Origin: Zygnema circumcarinatum SAG 698-1b
Taxonomy: Eukaryota; Plantae; Zygnematophyceae
Reading direction: 5' to 3'
DNA length: 64,000 nucleotides
Assembly: GCA_037447605.1 (NCBI GenBank)
Contig: CM074805.1
Span: 806,001-870,000, forward strand
A model generated the notes under the pieces. The model had not been told where the DNA came from and did no database searches. It saw only the letters and a program-made list of their open reading frames with translations. The position numbers and the translations under genes are program-made. Below are positions 47,036 through 59,753 of this stretch, piece by piece (position 1 is the first letter of the stretch; each line of letters opens with the position of its first letter).

Positions 47036-50000
47036 AGTGGTATCAGAGCTCATGGTGACGCGGAGGACCACGTCAAGTTCAGCATACCGGCGTTCGATGG
47101 GCAGGATTACAAGGCATGGAGATGGAGGTTGGTGCCTTTGCTTGTGGGCAAAGGGTTGCTTGGGTACGTTGATGGCAGCATCAAGGCGCCGGAGTTACCG
47201 GTTGGAGCCTCAGCGGAGCAGCAGTCGGAGCACGACGTGGCGCTCGCACGATGGAAGGCCAAGGACAACAAAGCCCTGACGCAGATTGTTATGAGCGTAA
47301 GAGGAAGTCCATCCTCTATGCTGTATGATCTGAAAACCTCTCATGCTATGTGGAAGTGTCTAGAGGAGATGTATGATGTGAAAGACAATGTGACTATAGT
47401 CAGTCTTTACACTCAGCTAGGCAAGATGAAGATGACTTCAGAGGAGAAACTAGAAGCTTATATGGTCAGATTTGATGCATTGATGGAGAGGTTCATAGCC
47501 TTAGGGAAACCGTTAGATGCAGACCATAAGATAAGCCAGTTTCTAGGGGGTTTGCCCGGGAGATTCGAAGTTTCAGTGGCAGCCTTGAGGACAGTTCTGA
47601 CCAATACCTCTATGACGCTTGAACAAGTTAAGCGTAGGATAAAGGAGGAGGATTCGATTCAGGATGTCGGCGGCCAAGAAGAGAAGGTGCTCGCGTTGCA
47701 CACTCGACCGAATCGAAGAGGAGGAGGCGCCCCGAAGTCAGCCCGAGGAGAACGCTCGAATGTGACATGCTTCACATGTGGCAAGACCGGCCACTACTCC
47801 AGCGACTGTTTCAAGAACAAAAGCAGTCCAGAGAGAAACAGAGAAACCAGTCATCCGGTAAGAAAGGCAGAGAAGGTGTCACCCACTTGTTCAAGTGCAA
47901 GAAGAGAGGTCACAAGAGTTCAGACTGCAAGGTAGCAGTTGAGAGCAACCTCATGTTGGCAGAGAATACTGAGCACGATTTTGTGGGAAGGATTCAGGCA
48001 GAGGACCTGAAGCGGCCGTGGCTGATTGACTCCGGCGCTTCCACGCATATGTGCGGAGACACATCGATGTTCTCCAAGCTCGACAACTTGGAGAAGGCTC
48101 GCTCAGTTCATTCAGCAACCGGTGAAGGAGTCACCGTGACGAGAGGTGGAGCCGTGAGGATGGTCCTCGGAGACGGCTCAGTCATCAATGAAGACGATGT
48201 TCAGGAGAAACTGCACATTGGTGATGTTCTTCACACCCCTGGCCTCATGCAGAATTTCATGTCTGTGAGCCAAGTGTGCAAGAAGGGATACAGTGTTCTG
48301 TTTGAGGAGAAGTCATGCGTGGCTATCCACTCAGAAACTGGGAGACAGCTGTTCAGGGGTTATGAGAGAGGAGGGCTGTATTATCTTGATTATAAGAGGG
48401 AGAATCATGAGGAGGTGAATGCAGTTTCAGAGAATGCCGTAGATGTATGGCATCGTAGACTTGGTCACTTACACCACAGAGGCATGAAGCTGTTGGCTGA
48501 GAGGGGGCTAGTCCGTGGGCTAGACCCGGGTGTAGTGGAGAAGGAGTTGGGGGTTTGCCGTGAATGTGTGGAGGGCAAGGCGCACAGGAGACCATTCGTG
48601 AAGAGTGGAGACGAGTCCTATCGAGCGCGAGAAAAGTTGGAATTGGTACATTCTGACTTGTGTGGCCCGGTTACACCGGCGACCAGTGGCGGAGCGAGGT
48701 ACTTCGTCACCTTCCTTGACGACTATTCGAGGAAGATTTGGATCACACTCCTGAAGAACAAGTCAGAGGCTTTCGGAGCCTTTCGAGACTGGCTGAACCA
48801 GGCGGAGACAGAATCAGGACAGAAGCTGAAGGCTTTGCGCTCAGACAATGGCGGCGAATTCAAATCGAAGGAGTTCGCGGCGTTTCTGAAGAACCGCGGT
48901 ATAAGGCATGAATTCTCAGCCCCCTATTCCCCACAGAGTAATGGAGCAGCTGAACGTGTGAATAGGACATTGGGGGACATGGCCAGGACCATGTTGATTG
49001 ATTCCCCCTTTCCGGCTTCCTTTTGGGGAGAAGCAGTTTCTACGGCTGCTTACATTAGGAACAGATGTCCGTCTTCTGTTCTGAAAGACCAGGTCCCTGA
49101 GCAGATGTGGAGTGGGAGGAAGCCCACAGTTTCCCACCTGAGGACCTTTGGCGCGCGATGCTGGGCTGCACTGCCCAAGGCGCGACAGAAGAAGAAGTTC
49201 GACCCCCGAGCCGTGGAGGGCTACGTGCTCGGCTACAACACCAGCAGCCGCACCTACAGGGTTTGGAACCCTCGACTGAAGGAAGTTCTCCAACACCAGA
49301 CATCACAGGCTGATCAGACAGGAGTGCTCACAGCCACCCACACTCTCACACCTCACCTCCGTCTAGGTCGACCTTGAGATCAAGATTGAGGAGCAGAAAC
49401 AGCTGGAGATAAGGGTGGGTGCTGTGTAGCTGTGCCAGCACGCCCAATGAAGGAGCTGAGTCAATTGGGGAGCCACAAGCTAGCCGGCCATGATGGCAGG
49501 ACGCGCGGAGGCGCATGTGAGGAGCCGGCAGCCAGGCCGGCAGACTGATTCCCCCTTCAGACCCACTCAGGTGCAGGTGAATCATGCAGACGATTCCGTT
49601 TTCACGCTGGGAGACTCCAGGGACTCGAAGCGGCCAGAGGCAGGCAATGTTAGCGAACATGCCCTCAGTGTTTTGTTCTATCACCCACCCGCAGATGTGC
49701 GAAGACAGTCCGAGGAGCAGCCAGACACGAGGCGACCAGCACCGGTCTCCGCCGACCAATCCTATCCAAGAGAGAGTGCCATCAGGTTCACTTGCACCTT
49801 GCTGGAGCTGCCCACCGTTTCATGATTACCGAGCCACAGACCTTTGAGGAGGGCCACGACGGAGTCGATGGCCACAAAGTGGCGAGCGCGACTTGACAGC
49901 GAATGGAGCACCCTGACGAGAACGGCAGCGTGGAGATTGGAGGGGGCTGCTTGTGAAGCAAGGCGAGCTATCGGTGCAAATGGGTCTTTGGAGTCAAGAG

Positions 50001-51385
50001 GAAGGTAGACGGAAGCCGTGGACAGGTACAAGGCGTGGTTAGTGGCGAAAGGATACGGCCAGCAGTATGGGATTGACTACATGGAGACGTTCGCTCCAGT
50101 GGTAAAGTTCAATTCCCTGAGAGCCTTGATTTCCATTGCAGCGGCTGAAGGAATGCACGTCCATCAATTGGACATCAAGACGGCATTTCTGTATGGTGAT
50201 CTCACGGAAGAGATTTACATGGAGCAGCCGGAGGGGAAGGTCGTCCCCGGGAAGGAGCACCTAGTCTGTCGACTGGTGAAGAGCCTGTACGGCTTGAAGC
50301 AGGCGCCGAGAGTGTGGACGAAAAGATTGACGATCTTTTGAGGAGGAATGACTTTGCTCGGTTTGAGACAGATCATTCAGTGTACCGTCAAGGAGAGGGG
50401 GCAGACATCATGTTCGTTGGGATCTATGTCGACGATCTCATCATGGTGAGCCTCTCCCTTGAAAGAATCAGATCTTTGAAGGAATTGCTTCAGGCAAATT
50501 TCAAAATGTCAGATCTGGGAGAGGCGCAGTATCTGCTGGGAATGCAGCTGAAGAGGGGGCAGGATGGAAGCTTGTTTCTATGTCAAAGGAAGGATGCTTC
50601 AAGAGGGCTGCCCATTCTGATGCATGCCAGCCGAGTTCCAGCTCACTGAGATCGGCACTAGGCTTTCGAAAGAGATGTCACCTTCGCCGCATGCGAACAC
50701 AAAAGATGTTTGGAGTGCCATAGAGATCTGCTATCCTGGCAAGTCAATGTACTCAGATGATCGGAACGCGCCCGGACCTGGGCGAACGGTGAGCTCGGCC
50801 AGCTGATTCATGGAGAATCCGGGTCTGGAGCATTGGGAAGCCGTGAAGAGGATTTTCAGATATGTGAAGGGGACGCTCGATTACGGAATCAGGTATGAGA
50901 GGGGGCCAACCAGAGTGATTGGCTATACAGACTCAGATTGGGGAGGAGATGTCGATACGTCACGCTCGACTTCGGGTTTCGTTTACCTGAATGGAGGAGG
51001 AGCGATTTCGTGGAGTTCCAAGTTGCAGGACTCGGTGGCGTTATCGAGCACGGAGGGCGAGTACATGGGTGCTTGTCATGCTTCGAAGGAAGGAGTGTGG
51101 TTCATGCAGTTCTTTGAAGAATGCAAGAGGGACCAACGACCGATTACCTTGTTTACCGACAATCAATCGTCGATTGCCCTGGTGGGAAACCCTGTGTTCC
51201 ACAAGAGGACCAAGCACATTCGGGTGCAGTACCATTATGTACGGGAGTTGGTCGAGGAGGGCTTGATTGAGGTGAAGTTCGTAGGCACCAAGGAGCAGGC
51301 CGCAGATATGCTAACAAAGGGAGTTAGTGGGGAAACACTATTAGTCAACGGGAGGTTGATTGGGCTGGGGCCCGCGCAAAACTAG
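46949..51385 (+). pseudogene. Copia-2 gag-pol (gag with two CCHC knuckles, PR, IN, RT, RH), frameshifted
   Basis: FDGQDYKAWRW, CFTCGKTGHYSSDC, second knuckle split by a 1-nt loss at ~47890, WLIDSGASTHM, WHRRLGH, LVHSDLCGP, LRSDNGGEF, NGAAERVNRT, LDIKTAFLYG, IYVDDL, YTDSDWGG, DNQSSI...FHKRTKHI, QAADMLTK. Confidence 0.95.
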
Positions 51386-51404
51386 AAGTTCCAAAGAGGG
51401 GGAT

Positions 51405-52411
51405 TGTTAGTGTATGATAGTTAGCATGTTTTGTTGGAACATTAGTTTTGTGTGTTTGTGTTGTGTGTTTCCTTGGCGGCGGTGCGCGCCTAAGTTAGTA
51501 GGCGGCGGTACGGACATTTGGTCGGTGGAAGAGGCGCGGCGCGGCGGAGTCAGAAGTGACGAGGCGCGACGCGACGAATCGGAAAGTGACGTGGCGCGGA
51601 CGCGGCCGCGGAGCGAATTGAAGATGTGGCGCGACGCGCGAATCTGCGCGCGAATCGGAAGTGACGCGGCGCGGCGTCAACCTTTGGATTGAACGATTCG
51701 GACTTGACGCGATGCGGCGTCAAAATGTCGGCGCGCGATTCATCATTGTACGGAGCGGCGTCAGATGTCGGTGGCGTGCGACGACGCGGAGTTTGACGCG
51801 TCATCAATCTTGGAGGCGGGGTCAGATCCTACGGCGCAAGACGTGGATTAGCTTAGAGGCCGAGTCGGATCTGACGGAGGAAACGTACGGGATCCGTGTG
51901 AGCCGACGAGGATCCGACGGCGCAGGATGAGGATCGGGATAGGGCCCTTGCGGGCCGCTAGCCGATGTTGTGAGCTTCGTTGTATGGTAGTGTCACGGAT
52001 GTTGTGACATAGTATATAGTGTGTTGTTTTGTTTGGTTGTTTATCTTAACTTCTGGATCACCAGCGTAGCTATTGTAGACTCTGAGAAGCTGTTGCTCGT
52101 GTTGCTTAACACTACACTTGCTTGTGCTGCGAGGTAGTGGGCTTTTGAGTTTATTGGGCTAGTTGAGAGGGGGTCTCTCAATTGTGGTGTTAAGATCATT
52201 ATTAAGGAGTTTTAGAGCCGAGAGCTTTCTCCTATCCTTTTCTCTCTGTTATTCCGCTGTGCATATTCTGAGAGGTTCACTCTGTGAGTAAAATGGGCTA
52301 TGAGTGAATGTGAGAGTTTGGGAAATGTCATCATCGATTGGAACGCGAACTCCGATGGAAGGTGATGCGAGTGGAGAAGCCGGCAGCAGTGGAGGAGTCC
52401 CTCCACCAACA
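51405..52411 (+). repeat. 3' LTR of copia-2 (1007 bp)
   Basis: Preceded by PPT, followed by TSD. Confidence 0.97.
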
Positions 52412-52415
52412 CAAC

Positions 52416-55400
52416 TCTCTCCCCATTTCGTCCTCACTCCTGTCTTTTTTTTTTTTATAGAGTCAAGCTTTATGAACGGAATTTTGGTTTTGTTTGCTTC
52501 ATGAACGTCTTGAAGTACTTTTTTCTGGAGATATTACAGAAGCAATCACGACTCTGCATCCAGCGAAGACCTTCCACAAGTTCTTCCTGAAACCATTGTC
52601 CAGTTCACACATGTTATTGTCTTTGATCTTTCACCTTTGACAGCAGCTTTGCTTACGGGGACTGATGCCCGCGGTTGCTCGCTGTTCGTTCCACGTCTGT
52701 GCTGCACATCCTATTGTTACATGGTCAATCAGAAGACAATTGCGCGCTGCTTCTGCCTGTTTCTCCCTCCACCTCTATCGCTAGCTTTCTCGTTCAAAAT
52801 CGTCTTATCCCCATAGCCCCCGCCCCCCACCCAAAACTTCGCTGCCCCGGGCTCGTTCTGCCCCTTCCCTGTTCCCCACTGCGTCTCTCCCTCGCCATTT
52901 AGTCACCCGCCATTTGTCTCTTTACTGTTCTACCCATTGTGCCACTCCAAGCTCCTCTCTTCCTGCTTCCCTCTCGCACACAAGGCCTTCTGCGGGCGAA
53001 CAGGCCCATTTCCAATCCAGTCCCCTAAACATGTTTTACGCAGCTTACATAGTTGCCCTAAAATCTGATACTAAGTTGTGCCATGATACAACACCCTGCG
53101 GTATCTTCCTGTACAATGGAGGCGACTTTACAAGCGAAAAAAAATTGTTGATAGCCTGAATCTCAGATTCTGCAAGAGATTGGAAAGGAACTCCGGGTGG
53201 TCTTCAATGTGCGATTCAGTTTTCTCCCTTAGTAGTTCGCTGCCTCCCTATTAGATTTGCCGTTCATTGTTTCAAAAATCGGTCCTGCACCCCTCCCTTC
53301 AAGTTCAGGGTACTAGTGGTTTTGAGCACTTCAGAAGAGTTGAGGATCACAAGTACCACTGTAACTACATGAAGCCCATCGTCTCAATAGACTGCCTAAA
53401 CAAAACAAAACAAAACACAGTCCTTATTTTTCACATGAAAAAAAGAGAGATAGTTGGTCGAGTGGGGTATGCTTAACGGACGTAATGCAGCAAAATCATT
53501 AAGTCAGGGACCCACCTTACACACAGTAAAAGGCGGATAAATGTTTCTAGAAATAACAGAAACTCGATGTTTGTTAACTTACTCTGAAGAAGCCTTTTCA
53601 AACCATCTCACTGGAAGCGATAAGCCGATACGACCCCAATAGAACTTCAATGTGGGAGAGTCGGCAGCATCGCGTAGAATGGAGGTAATAGAAACCCAGA
53701 TCAGCGCCTGCGTGGAAAAGTTGAAGACTGGTTTATAACTAGAAAACAGTAACAAATGGAGTAAGAGTATAGAAACATGCTATGGGTTGCTCCATGTCGT
53801 GCACCTTCCCCCCTCCTCTCTTTGCCCTCCCCGTCCCCCTCCCCCTCGCCCTCCTCCTCCAATGAATTTGGTGCAAAGTGTCACATCACGATGGATCAAC
53901 TCGTTTTTTGCTGCTTGAACTATCTCTAATCCTCCAGTTAAGGAAAGGAAAAAGCCATTTGAAACCAGCTAGTGAGGCAAAGTATTGATTAAGCAAAAGC
54001 CTCTTGAAGCCATTCTGGACCTTTTTGGCCTTGACTCCTGTCAAAGAGGTGATTTGGAGATCCTTTATCTTCCCAGTAAGTAAAGTATCGTAAAACACTC
54101 GCTTTGCTCCAGGCTCCCCTTCTCCAAATGTTACGTAAGTCTGTTCCCATAGGTAACACTCAAACTCGCCTTCGTCGTTCATTTCAAAGCCTGTTCACGA
54201 ATGCTCAGTGCCCCAGACGCTACGTATCAGCAAGAAAAACTCTCGAATTTCAAGTTCCTTCAACGACTGGACATTCCAGAAATGCGATGCTGCGAGTGAA
54301 AGAGGCTGTTCTACCAGGATGACGTAATCGTTCAGGAAAATCACGAAATTCTGAATGATCGAGATCATCTGATGGACTTGGCTGACACTTAGAATCCTCA
54401 AATGCATCATCGTGAGAAGCAAACCGTCATCGTCTGTCGCTTTTCCGCATATTCATAGAATTTCATTGACCAAACTGTTGACTCGCTTCTTTCCAATGTT
54501 CTCCTGCGCATGTAAGACTTGCAGCAAGCATACAAAACCATGCAATTCGTTCATGTTTCCGCACCTTTTACGCCCGTCCTAAGCAACTCTCGGTGGTTAA
54601 AAGTGCATTTGCTTCGGAGAACGGACCCTTAACTTCTCGGGAATGAGGCCTGGCGGCAGATGCCTCTCTGTCAGCGCACGGGAGGCGGCGGTCCTCGGCC
54701 ATTCCTTGGCCGGCGAGAGCAGAGAGAGTTACAGCAGGCCGACGATGACAGGAGGGAGGGCAACGCCCGACCTCCAAGACTACCATCAGGAAAACGGTTC
54801 CATGTCATAAATCGTTCGCCAGTTCAACTGGAGCGGGACAGGCCTCGATTTTGGCTTCTCACAAAAAAAAAAAAAAAAACTTTCGAAACCAGTTTCTCAA
54901 AAAAAAAAACCTCCCATTTGTGAACACGATTCATTTTGAGAAATGAGGAAATGACATTGTGAATTCTTTTCTCAACACAATATTTGGGGAGAACCAATGG
55001 AACATTGAACAATCAATTAGCATTCGTGTTCAATTTGCGTCTTCCGCAGGTCCACCAATCAACAATGAGATTTTAGCGGATCGCAAAGTGCATGGACCCG
55101 TCGGTCCGTACAGAAGTTGTTGATCGGCTCGCGGGAAGAGTCGTACGGAAAAAATGAGGCCGGTTTTTTTTTTTTTTGGTTAACCGGATCCCTCGAATCG
55201 CACGGAACTCAACGTGACTAAAATTGGACTCCACACGTGCGACCGAACACATCGAGTCTTTAAACTTTTTCCTTAAAACCTTTCGCCTTCCTAAATCGAA
55301 CAAGTTTCGACCTGGATTGTTCAAAATTCAACCCTATATTCAATAAGATTGAGAATTGAGAAATTAAGGAATATCGTTTCTCAACTCCTCAACCTGTTCG

Positions 55401-58400
55401 GTTTTACGGTTTAGATCAAGCCGCTACAGAAACTGCTCCAGCGCTTTCACGAGGGAGCGAGGGACGCCCTTGTTGGCGAACGTGCGCGCAAGCCCTGTGC
55501 AATGTGCGTGCAATTCCCTCTATGTGAATGCTGTAAACAACTTGCATGCGATTTGTACTTCGCAACATGGAAGTCCCCTCTGCCTGAGGCTGGCCAAGCG
55601 CGGGTGCAAAGGCATCGGCGGCACCTCGCCTCGGGCCTTCCGAGCCGCCGGCGCTGCCCTCTGGTCGGGTCCGTTGCAGCGCCAACAGCGACGGCCGCTG
55701 CGTGTAACTGTAACTGGACTACGTGCGAATATAAGAGCATAGAACGCTGGATTTGAAACTGTTCAGGAGCATGGAGCACTGCATACGTACCGTGGCTTCC
55801 GACGGTCTAGAGTTTGTAACTGTGTAACTGTTCTTTGTGGTTGCGTGTGCCAATACAGAACCATACGACGCGAAACGCAAGCATCGCGTCACGGTCAGCT
55901 CTTCCCCATTTGTGCCCCTAATTGCCGCATCAAATGAACAAATGAAAACATCAAAAATGTGAAATACGGTCCACGAACCGAAATATCATAAATACTGTCA
56001 GTCCTCCCGATATTGAACCGTATTGAGATATCCCTGACGGAGGGTCAATGTCACGCTCCATGGAAAACTTCCAGCGCCTGTCCCGGGCCAGCTGAACCGG
56101 AAAACGATGTATCACATGGAACCGTTTTCCTGCTGTCTTGGAGGGCGGGCGCTACCCTCCCTCCTGTCCTCGTCGCGCTCGCGTGCCCCTTCTCTGCTCT
56201 CGGCGGCCATGGAATGGCCGAGGACCGCCGCCTCCCGTGCGCTGACAGAGAGGTATCTGACCGCCGCCTCCCGGGCGCTGACAGAGAGGCATCTGCCGCC
56301 AGGCCTCATTCCCGAGACAGTTCAGGGTCTGTTCTCCGAAACAAATGCACTTTTAAGCACAGAGAGTTGCTTGGGACGGGCGTAAAACATGCGGAAATAT
56401 GGACGAATTGCATGGTTTTGTATGCTTGTTGCGAGTCTTACATGCGCAGGAAAACATTGGAAAGAACCGAGTCAACAGTTTGGTCAATGAAATTCTATGA
56501 CTATGCGGAAAAGCTACAGATGATGACGGCTTGCTCCTCACGATGATGCATTTGAGGATTCTGATTGTCAGCCAAGTCCATCAGATGATCTCGATCACTC
56601 AGGATTTCGTGATTTTCCTGAACGATTACATCATCCTGTAGAACAGCTTCTTTCACTCGCAGCATCGCATTTCTGGAATGTCCAGTCGTTGGAGGAACTT
56701 GAAATTCGAGAGTTTTTCTTGCTGATACGTGGCGCCTGGGACACTGAGCATTCATGAACAGATTTTGGAATGGACGACGAAGGCAAGTTTGACTGTATTT
56801 TAAGTGGGAATACTTACGTAACATTTGGAGAAAGGGAACCTGGAGCAACGCAAGTGTGTTACGAAGATGTCCTTAGTGGGACGATAAAGGATCTCGAAAT
56901 CACCTCGTTGAAAGGAGTCAAAGTCAAAAAGGTTCGGCTTGGCTTCAAGAGGCTTTTGCTTAATCAACACTTTGTCTCACTGGATGGTTTCAAATGGATT
57001 TTTTATTTCCTTAACTGGACGATTAGAGGTAACCCAGGCACCAAAAGCGAGTTTGCATCGTGACGTGACACTTTGCACCACATTTATTGGAGGGGGAGAA
57101 GGAGGGGAACGGGGAGGGCAAAGAGAAACGGCGGGAAGGTGCACAACATAAAGCAAACCATAGCATGTCTTCATACTTCTAATCCATTTGTACTATTTTC
57201 TAGTATAAACAAGTCGTCATCTTTTCCACGCAGGCGCTGACATGGGTTACTGTTACCTCCATTATACGCGATGCTGCCGACTCTCCCACATTGACGTACT
57301 CTTTGGACCGTAACGGCTTACCGTTTCTAGTGAGATGTTGTGGTCATAACGGCTTCTCGCTTCCTGTGAGCTGGTGTGAACGTGGAGAAATTCAGCGCGT
57401 GGACTGTTCAACCTTCCAGGATATTTTTGGATGTGCACCGGTTCGTGGTCTCTTTGATGGGGAAAACTGGCGGAGCGTGTGCACCGACGATGTGCTGACA
57501 GTGATGCATCTGCCGCTAGGCCTCCTTCCCGGTTCTGTCATAGGTCTGTTTCCGCAGAAAAATGCACTTCCAAGCGCAGAGAGTTGCTTGAGTCGGGCGT
57601 ATAAGATGCGAAATTATGAAAGAAAACATGATCTTGCATGCTTGCGAGTCTTATAAGCGCAAAAAAATACTGGAAAGGAAAGAGTCAATAGTTTGGCCAA
57701 TCAAAATCTATGACTATGCGAGAAGTTACATTAGTGTCAGTTTGCTCCTCACGATGATGCATTTGAGGTTTCTGATTGTCAGCCAAGTCCATCAGATGAT
57801 CTAGACCACTCAGAATTCCGTGATTTCCGTGAGCGGTTTCATCATCTTGACAGAACAACTGTTTGCACTTGCCGCAATGCATTCCTAAAATGTCCAATCG
57901 TTAAAGGAACTTGAAATTCGAAAGTTTTTTATGCTGATACGTGGCGCCTGGGGCACTGAGCATTCATGAACAGGCTTTCAAATGAACGACGAAGGCGAGT
58001 TTGAATGTAACCTATGGGAACAGACTTACGTAACATTTGGAGAAGGGGAGCCTGGAGCAAAGCGAGTGTCTTACGATACTTTACTTACTGGGACGATAAA
58101 GGATCTCCAAATCACCTCTTTGACAGGAGTCAAGGTCAAAAAGGTTCGGCTTGGCTTCAAGAGGCTTTCGCTTAATCAACATTTTGTCTCACTACATGGT
58201 TTCTAATGGATTTTTTCTTTCCTTAACTGACGATTAGAGATAACCCAGGCACCAAAAACGAGTTTGCATCGTGATGTGACACTTTGTACCACATTCATTG
58301 GAGGGGGGGGGGAAGGGGGAGGGGAACGGGGAGGGGAACGGGGAGGGCAAAGAGAAGAGGGGGGAAGGTGCACCACATGGAGCAACCCATAGCATGTTTC

Positions 58401-59753
58401 TATACTCCTACTCCATTTGTACTATGTTCTAGTTATAAACAAGTCTTCAACTTTTCCACGCAGGCGCTGATCTGGGTTTCTGTTACCTCCATTATACGCG
58501 ATGCTGCCGACTCTCCCACATTGACGTTCTCTTTTGGTCGTAAGGGCTTTTCGCTTCCAGTGAGATGGTTTGAAAAGGCTTCTTCAGAGTAAGTTAACAA
58601 ACATCGAATTTCTGTTATTTCTAGAGACATTTATCCGTCTTTTACTATGTGTAAGTTGGGTCCCTGACTTCATGATTTTGTTGCATTACGTCCATGAAGC
58701 ATACCCCACTCGACCAACTATCTCTCTTTTTCCATGTGGAAAATAAGGACTGTATTTTGATTGTTTTGTTTAGGCAGTCTATTGAGACGATGGGCTTCGT
58801 GTAGTTACAGTGGTACTTGTGATCCTCAACTCTTCTGAAGTGCTCAAAACCACTAGTACCCTGAACTTGAAGGGAGGGGTGCAGGACCGATTTTTGAAAC
58901 AATGAACGGCAATTCTAATAGGGAGGCAGCGAACTACTAAGGGTGAAAATTGAATGTACATCGAAGAGCACCCCGAGTTCCTTTCCAATCTCTTGCAGAA
59001 TTTGAGATTCAGGCTATCAACATTTTTTTTTCGCTTGTATGGTCGCCTCCATTGTACAGGGAAGATACCGCAGGGTGTTGTGTCATGGCACAACTCAGTA
59101 TTAGATGTGAGGGCAACTATGTAAGCTGCGTAAAACATGTTTATGGGACTGGATTGGAAATGGGCCTGTTCGCCCGCAGAAGGCCTTGTGTGCGAGAGGG
59201 GAGCTGGAAGAGAGGAGCTTGGAGTGGCACAATGGGTAGAACAGTAAAGAGACAAATGGCGGGTGACTAAATGGCGAGGGAGAGAAGAAGTAGGGAACAG
59301 GGAAGGGGCAGAACGAGCCCGGGGCAGCGAAGTTTTGGGTGGGGGGCGGGGGCTATGGGGATAAGACGATTTTGAACGAGAAAGCTAGCGATAGAGGTGG
59401 AGGGAGAAACAGGCAGAAGCAGCGCGCAATTGTCTTCTGATTGACCATGTAACAATAGGATGTGCAGCACAGACGTGGAACGAACAGCGAGCAACCGCGG
59501 GCATCAGTCCCCGTAAGCAAAGCTGCTGTCAAAGGTGAAAGATCAAAGACAATAACATGTGTGAACTGGACAATGGTTTCAGGAAGAACTTGTGGAAGGT
59601 CTTCGCTGGATGCAGAGTCGTGATTGCTTCTGTAATATCTCCAGAAAAAAGTACTTCAAGACGTTCATGAAGCAAACAAAACCAAAATTCCGTTCATAAA
59701 GCTTGACTCTATAAAAAAAAAAAAGACAGGAGTGAGGACGAAATGGGGAGAGA
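52416..59753. repeat. Large inverted repeat: left arm 52416-54845; right-side copies 56079-57330 (partial) and ~57500-59753
   Basis: Mirror ORFs (52675+/59267-, 52914+/58779-, 53267+/58645-, 53886-/56770+/57982+). Outer ~1.2 kb nearly identical; inner part visibly more diverged. Confidence 0.95.
56200..59699 (+). pseudogene. Degenerate multi-exon coding-like locus (two tandem partial copies here, one inverted copy at 52470-54750); weakly LRR/FBD-like
   Basis: Conserved frames QSLEELEIREFF and TIKDLEITSLKG…FKRLLLNQ; exon-like TTTCAG|EELVEGLRWMQSRDCFCNISRKKYFKTFMKQTKPKFRS* at 59583-59699. In-frame stops present. Confidence 0.35.

Larger units (their letters stand above)
46027..52411 (+). mobile_element. 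Full-length young Ty1/copia retrotransposon
   Basis: TSD CAACT (46022-46026, 52412-52416); LTRs TGTT...CAACA 46027-47035 and 51405-52411 (~4 substitutions + 2 indels); PBS TGGTATCAGAGC 47038-47049; PPT AAAGAGGGGGAT 51393-51404. Confidence 0.97.
45991..55409. mobile_element. Candidate non-autonomous TIR transposon (Tc1/mariner-like termini), ~3.0 kb without the nested copia, carrying captured host-like DNA
   Basis: Perfect 22-bp TIR CCGTAAAACCGAACAGGTTGAG (45991-46012) / CTCAACCTGTTCGGTTTTACGG (55388-55409). TA on the left, TT(TA) on the right. TTGAG/CTCAA subterminal motifs at both ends. Confidence 0.6.

Noticed and set aside
56755-56757. Selenocysteine or readthrough at the shared TGA
   Set aside because: No SECIS or redox motif evident; an intron or ancestral nonsense codon is simpler.
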